Positions 46,784-60,929 of a DNA stretch of 64,000 bases are shown one piece after another. Each line of letters opens with the position of its first letter. The first letter of the stretch is position 1. The position numbers and the translations under genes are program-made. The notes beneath the pieces are model-generated. The model saw nothing but the letters and a program-made list of their open reading frames with translations. It made no database searches and was not told the origin of the DNA. This DNA is from the human T2T-CHM13v2.0 reference genome, Homo sapiens. The stretch lies in assembly GCF_009914755.1 (NCBI RefSeq), contig NC_060937.1; one strand, given 5' to 3'.

Positions 46784-47275
46784 CAGATGCTCAACTTACA
46801 ATGGGGTTATGTCCCAAAAAAGCCATTAAAAATTGAAATGCAGAAATGCATTTAATACACCTAACCTACTGCATGTCACAGCTCAGCCTAGCCTCCCTTA
46901 AACATCCTCAGAACACTTACATTGGCCTACAGTTGGACAAAATAATCTAACACAAATGCTATTTTATAATAACATTTTGAATACACAGATGCACATTTTG
47001 TAGACATGGTGGGATGCGAAAACACAAAGCACAATATCCAAAAAATGCTGGGGACACAGTACAGTCAGTTGTTCAGCCTAATGATTGCATGGCTGACAGG
47101 GGAGCTGCAGCTCTCAGTTGCTGCCCCACGTCACAAGAGAGTGTCAAACTGCATATAGCTAGCCCAGGAAAAAGATCAAAATTCAAAGTACAGTCTCTAC
47201 CGAATGCATGTTGCTTTCACCACTGTAAAGTCGAAAAATCGTTAAATCGAACCACTATATGTTGGGGACCACTCT
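46784..47275. mobile_element. MER47/Tigger5-like DNA transposon
   Basis: TA|cagatgctcaacttacaatggggttatgtccc ... aagtcgaaaaatcgttaaatcgaacc...gttggggacc. Confidence 0.82.
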
Positions 47276-47520
47276 CGGCTTGCCAGGGGAAACCGAGTTG
47301 CAACAGCAAAAAAAATAGTTTCCCTTTGGCCAATTACTTTCTAATTAAAATCTATATCTAAACAGAATCACTGTGCTGATCTGACTAGCACTAGGAACAG
47401 TTTTCAGAAGTACAATACTTGGAAAGCTTTTTTTTTCATTCAATACGTGGGAACACAGCTATGTCATCCAAAAAGACTAGAATTAAAAAGACCAAATTAA
47501 TGTGGTACCAGAAAGTAAGA

Positions 47521-47583
47521 GAAGGAAGGAAGGAAGGAAGGAAGGAAGGAAGGAAGGAAGGAAGGAAGGAAGGAAGGAAGGAA
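47521..47583 (+). repeat. (GGAA)15 microsatellite
   Basis: 15 uninterrupted GGAA units at 47524-47583. Confidence 0.98.
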
Positions 47584-47584
47584 A

Positions 47585-48300
47585 GTCAAAAGGACATGAG
47601 CCAAACTGAAAGAGCTGTTAAGTGGCCAAAACTAGAACAATTTGAAAAATAAAATGATAGTATTAGATTATAACCTAAAAAGCAAAATAAATTGAGGAGA
47701 TACTTTAAGACTGTGCAGATATCCTTTTTCTCCTTAATTATAGAGGGGAAATACTAACTTTACAAGGGAAGAAGCTGGCAGATGCCACCTTAACAAAGTT
47801 GTCCAGGCTAACACCACAAATAATAGGACATATTGATATTTCAAACCTCCAGCTATGATATAATGAGAAGGCTGATCACCTCTGTGGTATTTATCCCAAA
47901 ATAGATCTCAATCTAATCACAAGGAAAAAAAAAGTCAGGCAAACCCAAATTGAGAGCACCCTACAAAATAACTAACCATAACTTTTCAAAAGTATCAAGC
48001 TCATAAAAGATAAGGAACTGTCATTGACTGGAAGAGACATGACAAATAAATGCAAGATGTGATCCTGGATTAGATCCTGGAAGAAAAAAAAGACATGGGT
48101 GGGAAAGCTGGCAAAATCTGAAGCAAGTCTGTAGTTTAGTTAGCAATATCGTCTCAGTATTCAATTCTTAGTTTTAATAATTGTACTAATGTTATATAAG
48201 ATGTAAACATTAGAGGTAGTTTGGTGAAAGGTATACAAGAATTCTCTATACTATTTTTGCAATTCTTCTATAAGTCTAAAATTATTTCAAAATAAAGAGT
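47585..48300 (+). mobile_element. L1MC/ME-like 3' end
   Basis: actaactttacaagggaagaagctggcagatgccaccttaac and aagtctaaaattatttcaaaataa. Confidence 0.7.
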
Positions 48301-49033
48301 TATTTTAAAAGACTAAATTGAAATATTTTAATAGAACTTTTTATAAATAACTTGGGGTAAAAAAAGAAAAACAGAACATCATTATTAAAAAAAAAAAGAA
48401 GTTTTTTTATATCCCCTAAATAAAAAGAAGAGGTTTGTAGAATATTCGGCTATAGTAAATACACACTGAATTGAGGGAGGAAAGGAGACTAAGGAAACCA
48501 CAATCAAGACAAATCCAAGGGTCCTGAGAGGAAGGGTTAAGTAGGTCAGACACAGGTAACAGAATTCCATTCAAAACACAAACTTCTCCAACTGTTTACA
48601 TTTCCTCCTATTTTCATTCCAAACCTGCTCTATGCACTGACCTTCTCACCCATTCTCCCAGAACCATTTTACAAAGACCTCTAGTACTCCTGTAATCTTA
48701 AACTATGGTCAAATTCTTGAGCCAGGCACTGTGCTAAACATTCATAAGCATTACTTAATTAATCCTCAGTAACTTGAGGTATGTCCTCTTTATTGAGGAG
48801 AGAGCTGAGGTTTAGGAAAATTCTGTAAGTTGACCATGGTTCTTTAACTTAGATTTAAACTCTGTTCTATCTCATCTCCCTCATTCTTATTTCCATATTA
48901 TTTATCTATGTTATCATCTAAAGTCCGATTTCCTTGGGGCTAGTAACATCTGACTGAACACTTCCACTGCCATCAACTTGGGTTGATTCCTCTGACACTC
49001 CACACCTTGCTATCACCCACAATGGCCCTAAAG

Positions 49034-49244
49034 CAAGCTTGTCCAGATTGCACCCAGGACGGTTCTGAATGTGGCCCAACATAAATTCAAACCACTTTCT
49101 TAAACCACCATGAGATATTTTTGCGATTTCTTTTTTTTTTTTTTAGCTCATCAGCTATCAAAAGTGTTAGTGTATTTTAGTTGCGGTCCAAGACAAGTCT
49201 TCTTCCAATGTGGCCCAGGGAAGCCAAAAGATTGGGCACCCCTG
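49034..49244. mobile_element. MER30 hAT MITE
   Basis: caagcttgtcca...gggaagccaaaagattgggcacccctg. 8-bp TSD ccctaaag/ccctagag. Confidence 0.9.
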
Positions 49245-52174
49245 CCCTAGAGTGTCCTTGGCTTCCTTGCCAATGCAAGCTTCACTTCCACTGTCCTCAG
49301 CTACAGTCCTAATGACCACACCTGGACCTTTTCATTATCTAAAACCTGTCCACCACAGGCATCATCAGAATCTCCATAATCCTTATCTCTGACCTCAATC
49401 TTCCATCTTGCCACTTCTCCCACTCCCAAACCATCTTTTTCTTGGCCCCAGTAAAAACCTCCAGTTTCTTGACCCTTCCATTTTCTTCCAATGCAGGCCA
49501 CTGTTGATTCATCAATTCTTACAACATTTATGGCAAATCTTACTAGTCTCTCTCTTTTCACATTTCATATGGTACTTATTTCAAACCTTAGCTATTTTCA
49601 GGAACTGTGAAACTACTACTTCTGCCTATCACCCTCAGTAAATAAATTTCAATTCCCTATATGAAAAGAAAGCTATAATTCCATTTTCTGCTGTTTTACC
49701 ATTTTATTTGCACACTACTATCTTTCCCTACCCAACCAATGCATTTATCCAAAGACATTCCTATTCATTTATGCTCGAGATCCCTTTTCCTCCCACCTCA
49801 AGAAAGGGCATTACACATCGATTATCCTCTTCTATTTTATTTCACTAAATTCTCTCAGTTGGTTGAGTATCAATATGTAAGCAAGTTAATCTTTAATGGA
49901 TTAAAATTAAACAAAAAAACTTCCCTCAACTCTGGCTCTTTATATGTAACTCTTTTCTCCCTCACCGATAACATTTAATAGAAATATTTCTATACTTGCT
50001 GCCTCTTTCACCGTGCATGGAACATAATGGTCACTTTTTAAATATTTGCTAAATAAAGAAGATGTCAGAAAAGTTCTCAAATAGAATTTGCTCATCCTAT
50101 TTTAGGACAAACATGAGATGCAGGTAAGCTTCTGGGAGATGGAACTGAAGCTGGAGATGATACAGCCCCAGACTAGAACACTGAGCAATTGCTGCTCCTA
50201 AGAAGATTCTCAAGAATCTTCAGATAACAGTTACGGGAATAAGTTCCAACTCTGGAGGTAGAAATCTTCAGGTCGTGGCACTGACACAAAGATGGCCAAG
50301 CTAAAATCCATCACTTTTTCAGAGAACACTAGCAGACCCACACTAAACCTCAGTGACCTAGAACAGAGTCAATATAACGACTGACCCCTGCCAAGTAGTA
50401 CCTGGTTGAGGAATGAATGGGGTCAAGGTCCCTTCCAGACTCACTTCATCATCTATTCCAAACTTCCAAACTTGTGACCTTGTGTGGTGCTGTGTCCATC
50501 CAGAATGAAAGCATACACCTATTCTGTAACTTGCACAAGGACACCAAATTAGTCAGCGGCAGCCCTTACCTGGAAACCAGGTCAATCAAGCAACTTTTAA
50601 GATATTCCCAAAGAGTCTTCCTACAAGTTGCATGGGGCCAGAAGTTCCCACACACCAGCAAATTGCCAGTTTGCTACTGTTTTTAGGGACCCTAACTCCC
50701 TACTAGACTGATTTTTTAAAAATAGTACCAAATAAATATTTTTCACATTTTATTAGCAAAACCGAGGTGGGGGGGAAATATGTAACTTAGTACCTGTGCA
50801 CACACATGCAACTCGTTGGAGCACTAAGGCACAATCAAGCAGAGAACAGCAATGAGAGAGTGGACATTTTTCCAACTGAATTACACACGTTAGACTCAAT
50901 ATTTTCATTCATGGCTGTGGATTTTGCAAGACAGCATGCTCATTAAATTTACATACATCAAGTTGAGCGGGACAGTTAACACCACAGAGAGTCAGATTAA
51001 ATTTAAAATGATTGACTATTTGCAGAATTAAGTGAATATATACAAGCAGCAAGTTGCTGAAGATGGTCAGGTGGAAGGATATTCAACCAAAAAGGAAAAA
51101 CACTACAGACAGGCAGAGCATGACTAGCATTACAAAATGGATATGGGAAATACAGTATTATAATGGACCAATAAGCATAATATTGGAAAATAAAAATTAG
51201 AAGCACTGCAATAGCAAAACCAAACATTTATTCCTATTAAGTCAACAGCAATCATCTAATTTCAATAACATTATGTTTTGTTTTAGGGGTTAAAGCCAAC
51301 ATAATTATTCTTGGTAGCAGTCTCTGTTTTGCCAGCATTATATTATTAAAGCCACAAATTGGTTAAGCATCTTAAGAGGTCCACAAAGATCCCCTAATTC
51401 CCTCTCTTGTGACAGAGCTCAACATCATATAAGCACAATTTTATCCAGAGTTCTGCTAAAAGTGTAATTCTGTTCTTAACTACATTTGAATTCATCTTTG
51501 ACATCACACAATATCAAACGGTCAAGCTTTTCATTACACTAAGGTTTTTACTACCATGAATGGCTTAGTGCCAAATAAAAAAAAACAGAAGATTTCATGA
51601 CCTCATTCAAGGTCATTATACACTGTTGAACAGGGCAGACTAAATGAATCTTATCTAGTTCTGCAATTTAATAAATTTTATTGGGTTTAGACATAATTAG
51701 AAAACTAAAAGATAAATACTACCAAGAACCTGGAACTTAGAATTAACTTTATTACTACTTTTCTATATTCAAGATGTCTATAAATACATTGAAGCTATAA
51801 AATAGCTTAAAACAGCTATAAAATATTTTGCCTATCAGCTTTACTATGTCCTTATATAAACCTTTAAATAATCATTTTTAACAGAAATATGATTATTTAA
51901 AAGTTATATTTTTTGGTTTTACCAATAGTGGGGTTGAATTTCCACTGTACTATCCAGTAGACACTGGATTACTCAATTCCCATTAAAATTAAAAGAAAGT
52001 CAGATGGCTAGCTCATTAATAGAACAGCAGCCAAAGAATGACATTTACCCAGAGACTGATAATGAACTCATAAACACTATTTTTTGGCCAAATATTCTAA
52101 CTGGAGAATATGGGAAGAGTGTAAACTATCTTAATTGAAAAACAAATTTCAGTTTATCCTAATGCAGTATCAAG

Positions 52175-52175
<1 letters not shown>

Positions 52176-52204
<29 letters not shown>
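52176..52204. repeat. (CA)14 microsatellite, (UG)14 in DIAPH3 pre-mRNA
   Basis: Read directly. Confidence 0.97.
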
Positions 52205-52206
<2 letters not shown>

Positions 52207-52418
52207 TGAGAAAAAAAGAAATTTAAATATCACTTTTCTTTCATATACTGTAAATTTTAGCAGAACAGACAAGAAGAGAGCTGAATATTCAGAAAGCTGC
52301 ACAACTCTAATTTATTCTGGAATGTAACCTTGCCAGAATTGTTCAAGTGTATGCATAAGCACCTACAATCACAAACAACTGCTGTGTAATCCTGCAGATA
52401 AGAACACTGCCAGTGATT

Positions 52419-52751
<333 letters not shown>

Positions 52752-53789
52752 GCCAGTGATGAAAAAGGATTTTCATTCATATATTTGTTTTTCAACTTTT
52801 CTAAGTAAATGACAATTTCTTCATACATTTACATAAAGGATAAAATGGTCATTTGACTTACGATACAACTTTTTTCTTAAGGCCACCTTTTCTACAGAAG
52901 AAAATATGACTGAGAAAAGGCCTTCACAGGTATACACAAATAATTGCCTGCACAGCTCCTAACTGGCAAAACAGCATGCTGAAATATTACCATAACATTT
53001 ACCCCTTTAAAATTCCTCCCTCTAACCATTTTATTGGTGCTACAAAATCCCACCAGGCAAAATCCAGTACACCTAAATCATTTATTTTCTCATTTATCTG
53101 GATCTAGAAGAAACAACTAAACACTGACATTATCCCCCTGACAAACACAACCCATGAATCAACTTGATAATTGCCTTGAACTACTATACTCTCTCCCTCT
53201 TCCTCTTCATTATTTGGATTGCTTTTAAACCACCTTTCCCTGAATTTTTCAATTTCTACCCAATGGAGAGGGAAAAGAGTGACAAGTAATAAATCAGAAC
53301 AAAGCATTCCCACAGAACCTCTCTCATTTTATCTAGTCAAGCCTTAATACACTTTTTTAGATTGTAAGAAATAGAAAATGTTCACGATATAGGAAAGTAG
53401 ATTTGTAAAGAATACTAATACTTGAAATAAGCTGCTGGTAGGAATCTATAGCAGTCAATAAACACTTAAGAGAATTAACACAAAGGGGTCTTTGTTGGTT
53501 TTTCTTTTCATTCAGACTCTTGGTTGACCCTTAAGATATTCCTTGCACACTCAACACAAAATTCATTTATTTGACCAAAGTAATAGCTATGCATAAATCT
53601 TTAACACCAAGAATTAAAGAGAATAAAGAAAGAAAAATTGTCATTAGTATGTACCCTAAGAGTGGCAATATGGAATAAGCTTAGCAAGATGAACCCTCCC
53701 CACCTCTATACCAAAAATATCAAAAGAACATGGTCACATCTGATTTTTATCGGTTCACCTGAGCCCTTCTTTTCTCCTCTGGAAAAACA

Positions 53790-55090
53790 GCTCTTAGATA
53801 TTAAGGTTTATTATACAGTTGTGGTGACTAAGACAACAGACGTAAATGCAGAACTAGACAAACCAACTGATGGACAAAAATCAAACCTCAGAAACAAACC
53901 CACATGTGCACAAACTTGATCTATAACATTAGAGATATTACAAATCATAAAAAAGAATGAACTATTCAAATAAATGCTGCTGGAAAAACTATGTGGAAAA
54001 AAATTGGATCCACATCTCACATCAGGCATAGAGATATATATTTCTAATAATTTTAAATGAAAATATAGGAGAATAGATTTATGATGTCAGGATAGATTTC
54101 TTCAATAATATACAAAAAGGACAAACCATAAAAAGTTTGATAAATCTGACCACAATTTTACATTTTTGTACTTCAGCTCCCCTTTCCCGCTAACAAAAGT
54201 AAAAAGACAAGACTCGGTCTAGGACAAGATATTTGCAACACATATAAACTGAACACATGAGTATTATTCTGGCTATATGGGAAATTCTACAAATCAATAT
54301 GAAAAAGACGGAAATCTCAAACAACAAAATGGGCAAAAATATAAACAGAAAATTCACAGAAGAGTAAAGCAAAGGGCCAATAAGCATGTGAAAAGATGTT
54401 CGGACACATTTATAATCAGAAAAATATAAATCCTTTAGTATGAGATATGCTGTTTACATTTGTTTACTTGCAAAACTTAAAAAGTCTAATACTAATGCAA
54501 ACAGGGATGTTCTACAAATTAACCAGCCTGCAATCTTCAAAACTTTCAAATTCATAAAATACAAGGAAACATACGAACTATTCCAGACTGAAGAAGATTT
54601 TAAAAACATAACTGAATGCAACATATGATTCTGAACTAGATTCTTTTGCTATAAAGAGGATATTGGTACTATTGGTAAAACTTTAATAGTGTGTGAGGTA
54701 GAAATTGATCAGTGTTAACTTTCTGATTTTGGTGGCTATATTGTGGTCATATAGAAGGAAGTCCTTACTTGTGGAAAACATACACTGAAGTATTACAGGA
54801 TTATGGGGCATTGAATCAGCAATTTACCATCAAATATCTCAGAAGAAAAAAGGTTTTGTTCCGTATAACTGTATTCTTATACAGACAGAAAAAAAAAAGG
54901 AAAGTTTCTTCAGTGTATGGGAGCAAAACTATTGGATTCAGGGTACTGTTAACCTCAGGGAAAAAAAGAAGATAAAAGCGGGAATTAGAAGAATTACACA
55001 AGGGATTTCACTTATATCCGTGGTGGTATTTTTTATATTATGTTCTATACTTTTTGTATGCCTGAAATACTGTATAATTTAAAAAAAACA
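53790..55090 (+). mobile_element. Old L1M ORF2 and 3' fragments
   Basis: actattcaaataaatgctgctggaaaaact and aaaatgggcaaaaatataaacag. Confidence 0.65.
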
Positions 55091-55950
55091 CTGCAGGACA
55101 AAATTAGATTCCACTCTATGTTATACACAGAAAATTGTTTCAAAGTCAAATATTAATGCCTTTGGTATTATCTAAACCAGGTTTCCCACACTGAAAAGCC
55201 AATGTATGTATTAAATAGTAGGTCATCTAAGTTCTTACTACCAGGACATACTTCAAACATACGCTTAAGAGATGACGATGGCATTTTATAAATGTGCTTT
55301 CTCCTACATTACAAAAAAGCCTGATAAACATCTTCCCAGTAAAAGAATAGAACATCACTATTCATACTTAAGTACTTCGTGCAATTTTATCAGGTCATTT
55401 TTTCTACACTTACAACAATTCTAGACAGGAAGTCCAGAATTTAAATAATTTTTGTCAGAATGATTTTGGTATCATTGGAACTCATTTAATGCCTGTTAAT
55501 GATAGCATTCTGATAGATGAGCTTTCTTGCATAGCTTTCATTCTCTCAACCGATAGTGAAAATAAGAAAAGGTATGAATGCATGAAAAAAGCTATCTTCC
55601 ATTCATTATTTTAATGTTTTTGTGTTATTGGGCTGACTAGCAATTAAAGCTAATCTCCATCTAAGTATAGTGTCTAAGGTGAAGAGAAATATAGTATCCT
55701 AGAAATCTTAAGTTAGGAAGCTGCACTTAACAGACATTTGTTTGGAATGATAAACCAATGGATGATACTGCATGGATATAATCTAATGGGAAGACAGATA
55801 TCTAAAAAGTGAAAAGTAAAAAAAAAGAATGAATTTCACAATAGACTCATAAGCAGTTTTGAGAGGCAGGTTTAAGGAATCCTTAACTCAGCACATGTGA
55901 AGATAATTAAAGAAAACTAATGTTTAAACTAAGATTTAAAGTATGTATAA

Positions 55951-56253
55951 GGCCAGGCACGGTGGCTCACATCTGTAATCCCAGCACTTTGGGAGGCTGA
56001 AGCGGGTGGATCACTTGAGGTCAGGAATTCGAGACCAGCCTGGCCAACATGGTGAAACCACATCTCTACCAAAAATACAAAAATTAGCTGGCATGGTGGT
56101 ATGTGCCTGTAGTCCCTGCTACTCAGGAGGCTGAAGCAGGGATTGCTTGAACCCGGGAGACAGAAGTTGCAATAAGCCAAGATCATGCCACTGCACTCCA
56201 GCCTGGGTGACACAGCAAGACTCCGTCTCGAAAAAAAAATAAAAATAAAAAAA
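55951..56253 (+). mobile_element. AluS
   Basis: Full dimer with A-rich tail. Confidence 0.94.
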
Positions 56254-56889
56254 TGAAGTATAAGAAGTCTCTAACAGAGGCATGGAGGGAGATAAATGGC
56301 AGAGAACACTGCAGTATCCTAGATAAGAGGTCATGAAAGCTTGAACTAAAGCAGGGGGGAAATAAACTTAAGAGCTAATGAAGATAGAGAAGTAAATGGA
56401 TGTGACTGATGCCTTAATGAGATCAACTATGACTCCCAAGTATGACTTCAGTGGGGACTTCTGAGATAAGAAATTAAGAGTGAAGCAGAAATTTTGGTGA
56501 GTGGGTGTGTGTGTTGGGGGGAGGTGTGTGTGTATTTAGGAAATATGATGAGTTCACTTTCTGATGTGTTGAGGTTCAGCATCTTTTAGAGAGCTGGATT
56601 ATAACTGCTCTTCTGTAGAAGACATACCAAGGTGTCACAATATAAAAGATATTCTCCATGAAAGGGCTCAAGTCTCCCAAAAGGAGTACGCAGAAAACTC
56701 AAGTGTATAAAGATAAGACTGACAGGCAGAGGCAACACTGAGAGGAAGTAAAAGAACACATAGAAGGATATGGAGAGTAAACTGGAAAAAACTGGCCAGA
56801 GAGAAGGAAAATTAGGAAAAGTGAAGTGTGTGTCACAGAGACACACACTTCTTTCACACGGTGTGTGACTGCCACAGAACCAGTCAAGC

Positions 56890-56990
56890 CGACCAGGATT
56901 TCTCACTTACAGAACTATAATAAATGTGTGTTGCTTTAAATCACAAAGTCCGTGGTAATTTGTTACGGCAGCAATAGGAAACTAATACAA
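56890..56990 (+). mobile_element. MLT1 LTR 3' end
   Basis: aataaatgtgtgttgctttaa...gtggtaatttgttacggcagcaataggaaactaataca. Confidence 0.75.
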
Positions 56991-59063
56991 CACTCTAGGA
57001 AACCAATAGATACCTTAGGCCAGCAAGTGCTCATTCCTTCCCTCCCCCGACCCCAATCTAGTCTTGGAAGAGACAAATTCAGTCCAGAGAATAGGGAAGA
57101 ATGGAAAAGCAAGATGGAGGAAAAGAGGCCAACCACATCCCCAACAACTGCCCCTACTGGAGACTAGAAATGGAACAAGCTTGAACAAGGGAAAAGGAGC
57201 AGCTTTCTTTGGGTGAAAATTAATTTATATTAAGCTAGGGTTTGTATTATCTGAAACCAACAGGAAATCTCTGGAACCTACCTGGGACTTTTAACCAGGA
57301 TCAGAAGAAAAATAAGCTCAGAGGGCTGATTTAAAGGTGCAACAGCTGGAATAAACTAGCCACTTCCAACTTACACCTATCATGTTCACCTTGTTCAAAA
57401 AACACTACTTACAGGTATCTAAGAGTTCAGGAGTAATCACTGAAATTGACTTCAGAAACGTAAGTTGTAAATGTAGTGATGAACACAACTATTTCACGTA
57501 TCTAATAGTCATACAGAAACCAATATGGGCTTTCAGCTAGAATTTCAGCTTTCACCAAAAGACAAACGGGGGGAAAAGTCTTTAAGTATAACTAAAAATT
57601 CAACACCACTTTTAAGAATGCACACAGAAACTAGACTATTACCCAGAGACCAAGTAAATCAATTTCCCAAGTGAAATGAGTATGAATGTTGAAGTTATTA
57701 CACTGTACTTCACATTCATTAAGTAATCAAGTCAGCACAGTCTTTCAAAGGACTGTCTTGAGGAGGGAAAAGAGGTGTTCTTCAAAACAAAGTTGTTACT
57801 TCATGTAAAAATTACTAAATACCTTTGATAATGATAAATAAGAACAATCATTGTAAAAATTGCACAATGCCAAAGCAAAGAACCTAGATGCAAACTTTAA
57901 ATAGTATAAAGCCTCTGTAGGTACAAATGCCAAAAGGTTACCATGGCTGATTATTCAATGTTGCTTTCTCAAGAGAATTCTTATTAATAAAAATGTAACA
58001 GATACGTACAAGCCAAAAATCAAGCCAGTTTAAATCTAGCATTCTCCACAGACATAGAAATAGCTCTAAATTTGTCAAAAATATGGTACCCTGAGAAGTT
58101 TGAAAAATATCCTAATCCACATTTAAAGAAGGCAACAACACCCTTCAAAAGCCTTTCAGCTTCAGAATCAATAGCAGTTTTTCCCTACAGAGTACTGTAG
58201 TATACTCAAGGAATCAGTAAGGGAAAGAAAGAATCTGTTTCTTATTTTTTAAAAAGGGCTTAGTTGTAATTGTCTCATCCCTTAGCAAATTGGACAGCCC
58301 TGAGAAGGCAACAATTTCATTTTATTTCTGCTGAGTTACTCCAGTGAGGGTTTGATCACCAAAATCTAATGCCAATAGGTAGACCTGCTTAAGGGTGAAA
58401 AAGTGATCTGGCCCAGTTATTTTAAAAGTATTCTGTAAATATTTCAAAAATGCTGATATTCATCTGACCTCTAAATAATATTAAAATATATAGTATTAGC
58501 CCCCTCCCAGCTACGAGTAACAGAAAACTAACATAAACTATATTCAGTACTTTCTAGGTAGTTGTACTTTTAACTTGTGGAAATAAAATGTGGCCTCCAT
58601 AAATGTTTAACATCAATGGGCTACTTAGTCCACTTACTCAGATGGCACCCTCAATTATGATGAAATTTTTTAACTTAGTAGCCACAAGTGAACCATAAAA
58701 GTGTCATCCTGAAATCTCATGGATGGATAACCTAGGTGAGTGGTTCGATATATAGTGCACGGATGGGAGAAAAGTGCACTTTACGATCTTGAGTCCTCAA
58801 AGATAGTACTGAAGAGAGTTACCTTCATATAGGCCTCATTAACAGAGGCAAAGGCTAACCAGAAAAAGGTTAGGCATCCAGAAAAAGACGTAGAAAGTGA
58901 GTTCAAGTCTCCACAGATCTAAGTGTTGCAAAAAGAACCTGTTTATCCTAAAAACTAAGAAAAGAATAAAACAAGTTAGGTCTAAGATCCAGCCCATAAC
59001 AATGCAAACAGTAGAGCACAGTGACTGTCATTTTAACATGGACTGGACTCAGACCACTTAGAT

Positions 59064-59359
59064 CAGGGGTCCCCAACCCCGTTAGCAACTGGGCCACACA
59101 GCAGGAGATGAGTGGCAGGCCAGCCAGCATTACCAGCTGAGCTCCGCCTCTTGTCAGATCAGCAGTGGCATTACATTCTCAAAGGAGCACAAACTCCATG
59201 GTGAACTGTGCACGCTTCTTATGAGCATCTAACTAATGCCTGATGATGTGAGGTGGAACAGTTTCATTCCAAAATCATCTCCACCACCCCCCAAACGCTC
59301 ATGGAAAAATTGTCTTCCATAAAATCAGTCCCTGGTGCCAAAAAGGTTGGGGACCGCTG
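59064..59359. mobile_element. MER1B hAT MITE
   Basis: caggggtccccaacc...ggttggggaccgctg. 8-bp TSD acttagat/acttaaat. Confidence 0.92.
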
Positions 59360-59633
59360 ACTTAAATATCTACTCAAGACAAAAATATACCGTTCGATAC
59401 TTTGGAGTATTTGTTTTCACATACTCTTTACAAAACCAAAACCTGGTATGTTGTTTTTCTTCAGATTTCATATTTTTGTAATCCAAAAACTCTTTGTGGC
59501 TGAAGTGCTATCTTAAGTGACATCAGAAATTAGCCTATGGAGTATGACTACCAAAAATGCTTAGAGTTCCATTAACATGAGCAAAAGCTAAGGCTTTTTC
59601 CTCAAACATTTCCTAAAGAATCAAAATTCTTAC

Positions 59634-59810
59634 CATCATTTTTTCAAAAAGTTCTAAGAGTTCATTCTCTGACAGTGGCTTTGGAAAGTTCTCCATCATC
59701 TCTAAAGGTGCTGCTGAGCAATCACTGCTTGCAAATGCAGTCTTCAGGTTGGGAAGTGGAGGTCTCTCTTTCTTGCTCCCTGGAATTCTTATGCTGGCAA
59801 ATTTGTCCAG
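59634..59810 (-). CDS. DIAPH3: DIAPH3 internal coding exon (probably exon 3), 59 codons: LDKFASIRIPGSKKERPPLPNLKTAFASSDCSAAPLEMMENFPKPLSENELLELFEKMM
   Basis: Minus strand reads ttctgtctttctttgtag|CTGGACAAA...AAAATGATG|gtaaga. The 177 nt are open and phase 0/0. The peptide matches my recall of the DIAPH3 N-terminus. Not in the ORF track. Confidence 0.96.
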
Positions 59811-60741
59811 CTACAAAGAAAGACAGAATGACACACGTGTAAGTATTTCCTTTCCCAACATTTATCTCATCTCAAAAATGAGAAAAACAAAGAGGGCCAA
59901 TCGTGTTATCATTGTGATTTCATCAAGAGGCATTCAGCATTGGAATATTTAAAATTAATAATAATAAAGAGTGGTGAAAATTTTTCAGCAACCATTCTAT
60001 CTAAAGATTGAAGAGAGCTCAGACAACATTGAAAGATTCCTTCTAATCTTAAAACCACACATAGATTTGAGCTTCTAATGACAGGTGACCTTTGCTTTAT
60101 ATATTAGCAAATTAAGCAGTTTAGAAAGATTACTTAGATAATTTAGTGTTGGTCCCAAACTAGTACTCACTGTCCCATCTCCCACCCCCTCCTGGCCCCT
60201 CTGCCTATTGCCCTTTCCATAATGCATCCTGTCTCTCGGAGTGGGGGTGGGAGGGGAACATGATTTAGGAATTTTTAGGAATTGAATTCTACTTATATCT
60301 TCATAGCTTAGTGGCCTGATAAACTATTTATCTTTGTTCAGGCTGGTCTGTATGTGAACTTCTTGAATATCTACAGGGCAAAATGGTTAAGGCCTTAAGA
60401 AATAAACCTAGATTTTTGTTGCAATGAAATTTCTTCTACAACTAGATAATCAAATAGCTTGCTGACATTCAAAAAAGCATAGATATTAGTTTACAAAGCT
60501 AATTATTCATTTATTCAAAATTGTTTGAATTTCACAAGTTATATTGCTCACAAAGAACCCAGACTCATACATTTCATGACTAATACAATGTTTCAACAAT
60601 CAAAAATGCAAAAAGTCTTAAGCTGAACCAGGCATCAAGAATAGAAGTATACTCAAACAGCACAGTGATTCCATGAGTTTTTTTTTATCATTGTTGTATA
60701 CATTTTTAAGCTACTGTTCTCACCACGTATACTGTATATAA

Positions 60742-60929
60742 ACCTGTACTATTCATTATGGTAGCCACTAGCTATGTATGATTATTAAATTAAATTGAAT
60801 GATATTAAAAATTCAGTTCCTTCATTGGACTAGCCTACATTTCAAGTGCTCAAGAGCCACATGTGGCCAGCACACTAATACATATAGAACATTTCCATCA
60901 TTGCAAAAAGTTTTAATGGACAGAGCTGG
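60742..60929. mobile_element. MER3-like hAT MITE
   Basis: atggtagccactagctatgt...catttcaagtgctcaagagccacatgtggcc...ggacagagctg. Confidence 0.8.
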
